From the human T2T-CHM13v2.0 reference genome, Homo sapiens, in the NCBI RefSeq assembly GCF_009914755.1, contig NC_060930.1: a stretch of DNA of 64,000 nucleotides; one strand, given 5' to 3'. The first letter of the stretch is position 1; each line of letters opens with the position of its first letter. The position numbers and the translations under genes were made by a program. Below the pieces are notes generated by a model. The model was not told where the DNA came from, searched no databases, and saw only the letters and a program-made list of their open reading frames with translations. Shown here in pieces: positions 51,538 to 62,815 of this stretch.

Positions 51538-51745
51538 CCAGTAGTTCTTACTAGGGGGGATTTACCCCCAAGAAAACATCTGGCAAAGTCTGGAGACATT
51601 TGTGATTGTCAAAGCTAAGGGAGCGCTATTGGTATCTAGCAGATAGAGGCCAGAGACGCTGCTAACTATCCTACAATAAACAAGACAAACTCTCAGCAAC
51701 GTAGAATTAGCCATTGAAAACGTCAATAGTGCCCAGGTTAAACTG
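51538..51745. mobile_element. MER20 DNA transposon
   Basis: TGGCAAAGTCTGGAGACATTTGTGATTGTCA ... GAGGCCAGAGACGCTGCTAA ... GTCAATAGTGCC. Confidence 0.8.
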
Positions 51746-52066
51746 AACTAGACTAAAATAGAGGCTATTTTTTAAACTGTACTCGTTAGTTTTATCATCA
51801 GTGCCTTATTGAAAAGGACTTGAAGGTTGATATCTGAACCACTGTAAACCCACTAGAATGTGTTTACTGCAGGTCTATAGAAAAGTACACTTATTTCTCA
51901 TTCCATACTCAACAAATCCTTTCTTCTTCTGAATAATGTCATAGCCATTATTTTACACTGATATCTGTACTAGGAGAACTCATGACAATTGCTATCAAGA
52001 TCCTGGAAAAATCTAATTAACAGCACCTTTATATAACACTGCCTTAACCAGACCCATTTTTGCTAG

Positions 52067-52438
<372 letters not shown>

Positions 52439-52517
52439 ATCAGTGGCTTCTTATATAAACCTATACATTATTGACATAAGAGTTTTTAGATTTGTTAGGC
52501 ACCAAGAATAAACAGTG

Positions 52518-53731
52518 GAAGCTGAGACGAATGCCTCTGAGATGACCACAAGGATCAAACCTGAACAATGGGACGGAAAGCAGGGAGCAAATAATCATAT
52601 GGATATTAGGTTAAAGAGGAAGTGAGTGATGCATTCAGTACAAGAATACATACAAAATCAAAACCAGGGGGATCGGAACTTACACCATTATCCCAGCTGA
52701 GCAGAAGAATCAAGAGATAAGAAGTTTCATAAAAACAGATGATTCCGAATCCAGTATAGGAATGACAGGGCAGATGGATCAAGCACAAAAAGATAGGGCA
52801 CATGGCCAATTCAAACTGGCTGACCTTGAGCTAGGGATCCTGTCTCAATGGCAAAGGAACCACAGATTTAGGAGCCGTAGCCGATGTTAAGGTTCACCGT
52901 GGACAGGTGCAAGGTGGAGAAGTGTGATTATGGAAGTCTAGCACAAACAACATTAGGCAGAAAAATAAGAAGACATAGTCAGACACATAGACCAATGGAA
53001 CAGAATAGAGATCTCAGAAATAAGACCACATGTCTACAACCATCTGATCTTCGACAAACCTGACAAAAACAAGCAATGGGGAAAGGATCCCTTATTTAAT
53101 AAATGGTACTGGGAAACTGACTAGCCATATGCAGAAAATTGAAACTGGACCCTTTCCTTACACCTTATACAAAAATTAACTCAAGATGGATTAAAGACTT
53201 AAATGTAAAACCCAAAACTGTAAAAACCCTAGAAGAAAATCTAGTCAATACCATTCAGGACATAGGCACAGGCAAAGATTTCATGACAAAAACATCAAAA
53301 GCAATTGCAAAAACTATCATCAGAGTGAACAGAAAATGCAGTCAAAAACTGGTAGAGTAGTCTAGACTTTTTGAATGACCTTCAACAAGCAGATCATGAC
53401 TTTAATTGAATATTCTAATGAACATTCATAATCACCTACTAAAAGGAAAATTTAAAAATTATTATTGACTTTCAAAATAAGCCTTTGATTTATAAAGTAA
53501 TGATAATTATAATTAGCAATAACAATAAGTAAAACATATGCTTCTGTGGGCCAGGAACAATATATTATTCTATTTTCTCAGTTGAAGCTGAGACAAATAC
53601 CTCTGAGATGACCACAAGGATCAAACCTGAACAATGGGACGGAAAGCAGGCAGCAAATAATCATATGGATATTAGGTTAAGGAGGAAGTGAATGATGCAT
53701 TCACTATAAGAATACACACAAAATCAAAACC
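52518..53731. repeat. 148-bp direct repeat pair (52518-52665 and 53584-53731)
   Basis: GAAGCTGAGAC ... CTCTGAGATGACCACAAGGATCAAACCTGAACAATGGGACGGAAAGCAGG ... AAAATCAAAACC twice, with about 8 mismatches. Confidence 0.93.
52980..53332 (+). mobile_element. L1PA/L1P ORF2 internal fragment
   Basis: Peptide [48 protein letters not shown] matches the L1 ORF2 C-terminal region. Confidence 0.93.
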
Positions 53732-54040
53732 TGATTTAATACTGACACTATTTAATACTGATACTAATCTTGTGAGGTAGGTACTATCAATAATTTCATC
53801 TTATAGGTGAAAAACCCAGGGATGAAAGAGGTCAAGTAATTAGACAAAGATTGTGTAGCTAGTAAGTGGCAGGCTAAGGTTCTCACCTAAATCTTTCTGA
53901 TTCTTATGGCTTTATTCTTTTTTCTTGTTATTAATTTACTATGTATTTTAATTGAGAAACAAAATACATGCGCCTCATTAAAAAATAATGAACTATAAAT
54001 GAATGATAACCATTCTTTCCCACCCCACCCCCACCCCAGA

Positions 54041-54726
54041 TTTTTTTTTTTTTTTTTTGACACAGGGTCTTACTTTGTCACCCAGGCTGGAGTGTAGTGG
54101 CACAATCTTGACTTCCTGGGCCCAACCGATCCTCCCGCCTCAGCCTCCTGAGTAGCTGGGACTACAGGCATGTGCGACCATGCCTGGCTAATTTTTGTAT
54201 TTTTAGTAGAGACGGGGTTTCACCATGTTGCCCAGGCTGGTCTCGAACACCTGGATTCAAGTGATCTGCCCACCTCGGCCTCCCAAAGTGCTGGAATTAC
54301 ACATGTGGGCCACCACACCTGGCAAACCACTCCAGATTTTCTGTTCCTCAGTCTTTACTCCAAAAGGAATCACTATTATCAGTTTTTTATACATTCTTCT
54401 AAAAAGTCTATAAATCATCTCTTGCTTATTTTATTTTTTAAGAGACAAGATCTCACTCTGTTAGCCTAGGCTGGAGTGCAGTGATGCGACCATGGTTCAC
54501 TGCAGCCTTAACCTCCTGAGCTCAAATGATCCTCCCACCTCAGTCTCCCAAGTAGATAGGACTACAGGCGTGCACCACCACACCCAGCTAATTTTTTCTA
54601 TTTTTTGTAGAGATAGGGTCTCACTATGTTGCCCAGGCTTGTCTCAAACTCCTAGTCTCAAGTCACCCTCCTGCCTCAGCCTCCCAAAGCACTGAGGTTA
54701 CAGGCCAGAGCCATTGTGCCCAGCCA
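54041..54726 (-). mobile_element. Two Alus (~54041-54323 and ~54428-54726)
   Basis: Reverse Alu consensus twice. Confidence 0.9.
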
Positions 54727-54877
54727 ATCTTTCTATTTTTAATCCAGATGATAGCATAGAGCAGACCATATTCTGCACCTTGTAAATTCGTTCTTCTTAA
54801 TCACTGCACTATAGTTCTTCCTTCCAAATGTTAAGCTCTTCTGATAATATATTATCATTGAACTTATAAAGGCCAGA

Positions 54878-54985
54878 CCAGTGCTTTTCAATAGGGGATG
54901 ATTTTGCCTCCTAGAATACATTTGGCAAGGTCTGAAGACATTTGTGATTGTCACAACTAAGGAAGTTCTACTGGCACTCTCTGGG
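54878..54985. mobile_element. MER20 fragment
   Basis: GATTTTGCCTCC ... CATTTGGCAAGGTCTGAAGACATTTGTGATTGTCACAACT. Confidence 0.75.
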
Positions 54986-55239
54986 GGAAAAAAAATCACA
55001 GAAAAAAACTCAGTGGCACAGTCACAAAAAGACTATATATTGTACAAAAAGTACAAGACAATCTACCACAGATAACCAACATTTTGCAGTGGGTTAAGTG
55101 TGATCCTGCCTGTTAGAGTGTTCTCTTCAGTAACCTGTTAAGGGAACCTGGAGAGTTCCTTTGAGCTCCAGGTTCCTTTGAGCCTTATCATGATTTAATG
55201 TAGCAATTATCAAAGGGTATATAGTTTTGAGGCTCATCA

Positions 55240-55702
55240 TGGTCCCTAAGACCTTCTCAGGAGCTTTACAAGGTCAAAATTTATTTTCATAATAATACTA
55301 AGACGGTATTTGTCTTTTTTGCAGTGGAGTTTTCCAGACGCTTTATGACGTGTGATATTGCAACAGACTGAATGCAAAACAGATATGAGAATTCAGCTGT
55401 TTCCATTAAGCCAGACAGAAGACATTTGCAAATGTGCAAAACAATGCCATTCTTCTCATGCATTTTTTTTGTTTGGTATAGTAACTTTTATTTTTAAAAA
55501 TATGTTATTTCAGTTGACATTATTACTGCTATTGGAAATGAATTATAAATAAATATTTCACAACTCTCTCAGTTTTAATTTCTATTATGGGTAAATATTG
55601 GTAGATATAACCCACATAAACCCACATAAGGGCTCTTTGGAGTTCTTGATAATTTTCAAGAGTGTAATGAGATTCTAAGACTAAGAAGTTTGAGGACCAC
55701 TG
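55240..55702. mobile_element. Charlie1-like hAT DNA transposon deletion derivative
   Basis: GGTCAAAATTTATTTTCATAATAATACTAAGAC ... GATATGAGAATTCAGCTGT ... AAGTTTGAGGACCACTG end. Confidence 0.7.
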
Positions 55703-56499
55703 ATGTAGTGACTTAGAGGCCTAGTTAATGCATTATAAATAGCATAATCTTGGCCCTACTTATAGAAGAATGATCTGAACATGGCAGCCACAAGGCAAAA
55801 GCAAGAAGCAAGAAAAGAGTCCCAAAGAAGAACAACTGTTCTGTAACTGCTAAGAGTAGGGCAAGAATCTTTTATTAGCTGAAAACAATAGATTTTTTAT
55901 CCTATTTTAAAATGAACTTTTTTATTTTAAAATTTAAAAAGCAAGATTAGCAGAAAAGCAGTCCAATATTTAATCATTTATGGCAGAATATTTTATAGAT
56001 GATGTTAATATAAAAACAACAGAACTCAGCTATTCCAAGAGAGAGTCTTCCAAGATTTCCCAGAAAAGCAACATTGGATGCCAGATGTTCGTGCAGTTGA
56101 AGGATTTGCATGGTCCCTTCAAATTCATTTATAAACAGAAATTGATGATCATATCATCAAATTTCTAGAATGAAAACCAAAGGAAAGGATTTCCAAAAAT
56201 AGGATACATTTTTTTTTCAGGTTTTAAAATTCGCAGCTAGTAATTCTTGCTAAGATGAAAAAGTAGTCACTCAAAGAGCCCACATTACCTTGGTGCATAG
56301 CTTTTCACCGACTGCACAGAGACGGTTAGATAAACCGTCTAACACAACAAAATGAAGAAGGATGCAAGTTTGTCTTGGGGGTTTCCTGTCTTCCCTTTCC
56401 CTTTTCCTCACCTTCAGCAGCTCCTCCTTCCCCCACCCACCCTGTTTCTATCTCTGAGTTCACCGCCTTCCCAACCCCCGGCAGTCTCTGCTTTCTTGA

Positions 56500-56690
56500 C
56501 CTGAGTCGGGTTCTGACTTAACCACTGGCTGTCGGCAGGACCTAAGCCATGGCACATCTCCTCTGAGCCTCAATTTACTCATTTATAAGATGGGAATGAT
56601 AATCTGCCTGCCACCCCAGGTTATTAGGATTAAATGAAAACACTTTTTGTAAATTATATAGCTCCAGACAAAACTGTCAAATTATTAACC
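56500..56690 (+). mobile_element. MIR SINE
   Basis: CTCTGAGCCTCAATTTACTCATTTATAAGATGGGAATGATAAT ... AGGATTAAATGA. Confidence 0.8.
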
Positions 56691-58214
56691 CCCTAACATT
56701 TATATCCATGTAGAGTATTTATGTGAGGCAGACCCCGCACCAGGAGAGGGTGTCAGAAATGCCCCTGGCATCCTGGATGTCCTGAAAGGGAACCAGTTCA
56801 GAAGCCCAGTGGCATTGTGTGGGTGGATGGAAAAGCTGGGCCAGAGGGTTATTCTGGGCTTTGTCAGGCTCTCTCCTTTCTTCCTCACTCGTTTCCTTCA
56901 ACATACCTGATCACCACTCAAGGATTCGGGGATCCAGCCCTTTATCTCCATAGATCCTCTTATTCCTGTAGGACCGTCCCTGAACTTTGACTTCCCTTCC
57001 CTTTTTCACCATTGAATTGTTATCCTCTTACCTACACAGTATTGAGCTCCACAGCCCAACACTTCGAATGTCTGCAACCAGCAGCCTTCCATTCTGTAGT
57101 TCTGGGGACCAGAGCACAGTGTAAGGGCTCCGGTGGCCAGGGCAGTGCAGGAGGATGGGGGAGGCAGACTGTGGGAGGAGTTCATGGGCAGAACTTAAGC
57201 TTGGGTATGCTGCAGAAGGCAAGGGGATCCCAAATCCTCTGTGAATAAATGCAGTTAGATCATGTGATGTGGGGGAGATGGTACTGGTGGTGATGATAAT
57301 GACAGAAAGGAATGGTAGGTTTCACAGGGAACATTCCGGATTGGTAACAAATACACCAAAGCAAGAACCTGTGTGTATGTGTGTGTGTGTGTTCTTTTTT
57401 TACAGTGATATTAATTACAGCAATTTACATGAAATGTTAAACATAGATGCTTAATGACCGTGTGTCCCTGTGATGATTATGCTGCTCACTAGAGATGCGT
57501 GAGCTCAACTGTATTGTTTTCTTTGACAACAACAGCAAAGAGCTGCATCTGCGTGCTCCTCTTACCCCGCGCTCATCAGTTCCCTGTCCCCAGCAAGACC
57601 AGCAAAGGCCATAAAACCCCAGCTGAGCCTGCAAGGCTGTCGCAGAGGCCCCACAGCCCGTGTTAATGCGTTTGGGAGGTGTGTGAGTGAGTATGTGTTT
57701 TTCTCCTCTGTGTCTTCTATCTCCCCCTTTTATTGAGCTGCTGCAGTTAAAAGAAGACCAAAGGTTGGCGGGTGTTGAATACTTGCCCACAATAGCTGCA
57801 TCTCACGTAGTGATTTAAGAGTTCTTTTAACATCAGCAGCAAACTAAAACACTTAAACAAAAGGGCCTTTGTGTGATTTTTAGTAACAAAGGGATCTAGA
57901 ACGACCGTCTTGATACTACATTTCTTATTTTTCCCAATCTTACATGTTATTGAAATAACTAATTGGCACAAATTAAATTTTCTTTCTTTTTGGAGTATAT
58001 GCAGACAATGACCTTACTACTTGTTATAAATCATCTTCCAGCAGGGGAAAACTAAAGCAATAAGAAAGGTTTTTTGTCTCCTAATAAATTCTATGACAAG
58101 TTAAAAGCCAGGGGGAAATACAAAAATAAATAAAATCCAGCCCAGATTTCAAAGGCATTACAACATAGTCCAAGGGTCAGGCAGCCCAAGCACTGTAGCT
58201 GTGATATAAGGAGA

Positions 58215-58394
58215 TGTTAGGGCCTTTGCCCATTTAACAACGCACTGCGAAATTGCAGAACAAAAAGTTTTGTATTTTCATTCAAATTTTAGGTTAAAAA
58301 AAGGTGTTAGGGCCTTTGCCCATTTAACAACGCACTGTGAAATTGCAGAACAAAAAGTTTTCTATTTTCATTAAAATTTTAGGTTAAAAAAAGG
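58215..58394. repeat. 90-bp tandem duplication
   Basis: TGTTAGGGCCTTTGCCCATTTAACAACGCACTG ... GGTTAAAAAAAGG at 58215 and 58305, with 3 mismatches. Confidence 0.95.
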
Positions 58395-59767
58395 AAAGGA
58401 GGACTGAGAATGCTTATATCATATGTTATTAAACTCTGCCAAACAGATTTAGCTATAATCACTAAGAATTTTAAAATAGCAAATCCTATATTTAAGAAGC
58501 TCATCAGTGAAATAAGAGTTCCTTGTTTTGTTTTGTATGTTTTCAGCTTTTAAATACTAAATTCTTTCCCCAACCACAGCTTTCCTTATGCTAGATTCTG
58601 GTACAGTGGATTTACTTTTATACGGTGGCAAAAAACGTGGGTGCACTGCACAAGAATTATAAAACATCTTTTGGGGAATAATTAGAAAAATAGATACTGT
58701 GAGTTAGGAAGAGAAAACATAGATAAAGCAGAAGCTGAGGGTTTTGTAATAAAGCCTTGTATAGATCATGGACATAATGTTAGAGAACATGGGAAAGCAA
58801 ACCTGATACTCAAAGCTGTCTTTCTGCATGTTAGGAGGGCAGGAGCTGAGATGGATTACAAAGATTTGTTCATGCTGGCATGAAGCTATTGTGGGCAGAG
58901 CCAAGGCTACACAACCTTGTGTCCTGGGAGCAGCTAAACATAAGGATCGGGAAACTGAGCAATGCCTAACTGTATGGAATAGCTGAAGTAAATATTTCTC
59001 TGAACTTTTTCCATCTCAGGCATTCAGGTCTGCCTCTCCGGGGACCATGCTGGAAAGCTAAGAGACTGTAACAGCTGTGGGTCGTGAAGCCAGAGAGGCA
59101 CTGAACAAATGCATGGAGGACCAGAAAGGGGAAAAAAATACTATAGGATCTATTTTTTTTAATTAAGTAAAACTAATTTATTTGAGATCTTAGGAAAGGA
59201 GGAGAGAAAGAGCATCTGATGACAAGAAATGGTTCGTTACTCATTATTAGTTGAACATGGATAAGATGTTAACAAAAACATTTTTATTTGGTGTACTCTT
59301 ATTTTATTAAATGTAAAAATATGTAAAGAGATGTTTTTATATAAATGCTAAGTAAATTTTTATCACACAAAAGTTTTCATTTAACTGAATCTCTCTTGGG
59401 TTTGCACATAATTAGGCTTGTTTTATACAGAAAAGCCTCTTATGGGCCTCTTTTATAGAGAAGGAAAGCATTGAAATTCCAGTCTTAACAGAAGAGTGGT
59501 GAAAATACCTCCACTATTTAAGTTGAGAGCAGAATATTGATACTTGGCTCCTTTGCCCAATATTAGGACTATAGAAAGATATGCACACACACACACACAT
59601 ACACCATATATATTTATATATATATGTATATATATCTATATATATATATTTGATCATGACAATAGTAAACCCTTATTTACACAGCCTATGGTTATAGTGA
59701 CTTTCTTAACAACAGTCAACTTTTGCTTTAGCTATTTCCTTCAATGGATCTTTTAAAAATTGTTGGT

Positions 59768-60099
<332 letters not shown>

Positions 60100-60562
60100 C
60101 TATTTGTAAAGATACACCCATGATTTCCTTACAAAAGTTCCTATATTAATCTTCTGAGAGTTAGAATACGCTATCTCCCACGCCTCCACCCCTTCCTCTC
60201 ATGGAAATCTCCTCTCCTTTAAGGATGTTGGCGATACACTTCTCAGTGGTTAGACAGCCACATCAGGAGCACCCTAACTAGCAAACCTTGCAATGATTCC
60301 ATTTTCCACACATTCAAAAACATCTGTAGATTTTCAGAATTTTCTGAGAAACTTTGCAATTCTCAAACTATAACTGATCTTTCAACTCCTGCAGAAGCTT
60401 GTGAAGTTTTCGTACCAACTACTCTCCCTAATTTGGTTGTCATTAGCTACAGTTAGTAAATCTAAGGATACAATATATTAAGTCATAGCCCCAGTCTCCC
60501 ATCTGTATTTTGTTTTCCCATACGGTGTTAAGTTTCTTAACTGTGAATTCTTTACTGTAGTG

Positions 60563-60876
60563 TTTTCTTTTCTTTTCTTTTCTTTTTTTGTGAGCCAGAG
60601 TCTCATTCTGTTGCCTGGGCTGGAGTGCGTGGTGTGGTCTTGGCTCACTGCAACCTCTGCCTCCCGAGTTCAAGTGATTCTCCTGCCTCAGCCTCCCAAA
60701 TAGCTGGGATTACAGGCACCCTCCATGACACCCAGCTAATTTTTTTGTATTTTTTTCAGTAGAGATGGGGTTTCACCATGTTGGCCAGGCTGGTCTCGAA
60801 CTCCTGACCTTGTGATCCGCCCGCCTCAACCTCCCAAAGTGCTGGGATTACAGGTGTGAGCCACTCTTGCCCGGCC
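60563..60876 (-). mobile_element. Alu (AluS-type)
   Basis: Reverse Alu consensus; TSD TACT(G/A)TAGTGTTTTCT. Confidence 0.95.
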
Positions 60877-61707
60877 TACTATAGTGTTTTCTATAGCCTA
60901 AGTCTAGGAGGAAGAAGACAACCTAGTAGAGATACTGGGGTTGCAATCTACTAGGACTGCAATTATCTAACAGTGAGCCCCATAATCACAGGACCGGCCT
61001 AAGTTACGATCCAGGGATGGGAGGGAAAATAATCCCTCTGAATACATTGTAAAGGAAGAGTGGAAGACAAAAATGCAGTGTATTTTTGAATTCATTCTGA
61101 CATATTTAGTTCAATGTACTAATTTTTATTGTTTTCCAATGAGATACATTAGGCAGGCATGAAATAAAATTTTCATGATGACCAAAACCTATCCACTTGA
61201 AACATACAGAAATCACCATTTTCACCGGTGACACAATATTTTTGAGAGAGAAATTTATTTCAAAATTACTATGTCTCCCTTTGTGTTCATTTTTGGGAAC
61301 ATTGTAAGTTTTGCTAATGTGTGATTTCTAATGTGGTACATTTGCCTTGGTGTACTCTTCATAAACCTAGGCCGTTTTCTTGGCTTTTATAGATTTCTTT
61401 CCTACTAGGGTGAAAGTTTATTATAATCTTGTAGCCAGGGACCACATCTTACTCATCTATAGAAATGATGCCCCATATTACATGATACAAAGGGTTATGC
61501 AGTCAATTCTTATTAACCCTTTGTGAAATGAATTTTCTTTACTTTTAATAAGCTTTTGCTGAGCGCTTGTCACTCAAAAATCCAAGTGTTATTTCCATTC
61601 CATTTCACAGATGAACAAACTGAGGCTCAAAGAGGCCTAGTAAACTAATGCAAGGTCCTCCAGTTAAAAGTTGAGCCAGAATTCATACCGAGGCAGGGTA
61701 ACTCTAG

Positions 61708-62015
<308 letters not shown>

Positions 62016-62249
62016 TGAGCCCATTCTCTTAATGACCTCACTGTATGTATGCCTCTTCCTTATTGATTTATTCGATTAAAAATATGTTGAGTCACTGCTG
62101 TGTGCTGAACTCGTTCCAGATGTTGGAGAGAGACAGTGACGCAAAGGACCAGACCTGGTTCTCACAGAGTCTACACTCCGGTGTGAAGGGTCTGAAAGTA
62201 TGTGGGAAGCGGGAGAGAGGAAGAAAGAGGAGCGGAACTGCCGACCCAC

Positions 62250-62405
62250 TCTATGGGAACTCTGTATTGAACCATTTGAGGAAGGGCCAGGCTGTTTCCC
62301 AAAAGCAGCTGCACCATTTTGTATTTCACCAACCAAGCGTGTGGGGTGCAATTTCTCTACATCCTCGCCAACACTTCTCTAACATTTTGATTGTAGCTGT
62401 GATGA
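62250..62405 (-). mobile_element. Old L1 (L1M) fragment
   Basis: CCAGGCTGTTTCCCAAAAGCAGCTGCACCATTTTGTATT ... CTACATCCTCGCCAACACTT, typical antisense L1 3' ORF2 sequence. Confidence 0.75.
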
Positions 62406-62490
62406 GATGCATTCTAAATTTCTGATATAATTACTTCTCAAACAAAACCATCGAATCATGTCAAATCAATCTGACTTAAAAGAGAAAGTC

Positions 62491-62815
62491 TTTTTTTAAT
62501 TAAGTTAAAAATTTATTGACATTCTGATTGTGAAAAACTCTAACATTGCTTTTAATTTATCATAGGAGTTACTTCCCAAAAATGTTAATCACAGCTGGAT
62601 TGAAAGAGTCTTTGGGAAATGGGGCAATGTTGTTTATGTAGGTATACCACATTATAAGTCTACTGGAGATCCAAAGGGATTTGCGTTTGTGAAATTTGAA
62701 ACAAAAGAACAAGCAGCAAAAGCAATTGAGGTAGGACCAGATCCTTTTGAAGAAAACAATTTCTTTACCTTCCTGAATTAGTTCCCAAAGATTCCTGTTC
62801 TCCTCCAGAAGGAGC
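62491..62815 (-). pseudogene. Probable retrocopy of a spliced transcript antisense to LARP7 (MIR302CHG-like)
   Basis: Contains a LARP7 exon in antisense with intron flanks. On the minus strand, AATAAA (62517-62512) lies 14 nt before an A7 run (62497-62491). The segment 62744-62815 resembles what I recall of the miR-302 host first exon. Confidence 0.7.
62566..62730 (+). pseudogene. LARP7-derived RRM1 exon copy (165 nt, 55 codons, no stop)
   Basis: Translates to [55 protein letters not shown] with the RNP1 motif KGFAFV(K)F. Four differences from recalled human LARP7 (C>W, I>V, S>G, E>K). Flanked by catAG and GTagga. Confidence 0.92.

Noticed and set aside
62566-62730. Functional LARP7 gene or conventional processed LARP7 pseudogene
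   Set aside because: No other LARP7 exons in the window, intron flanks are retained, and the poly(A) features are on the opposite strand.
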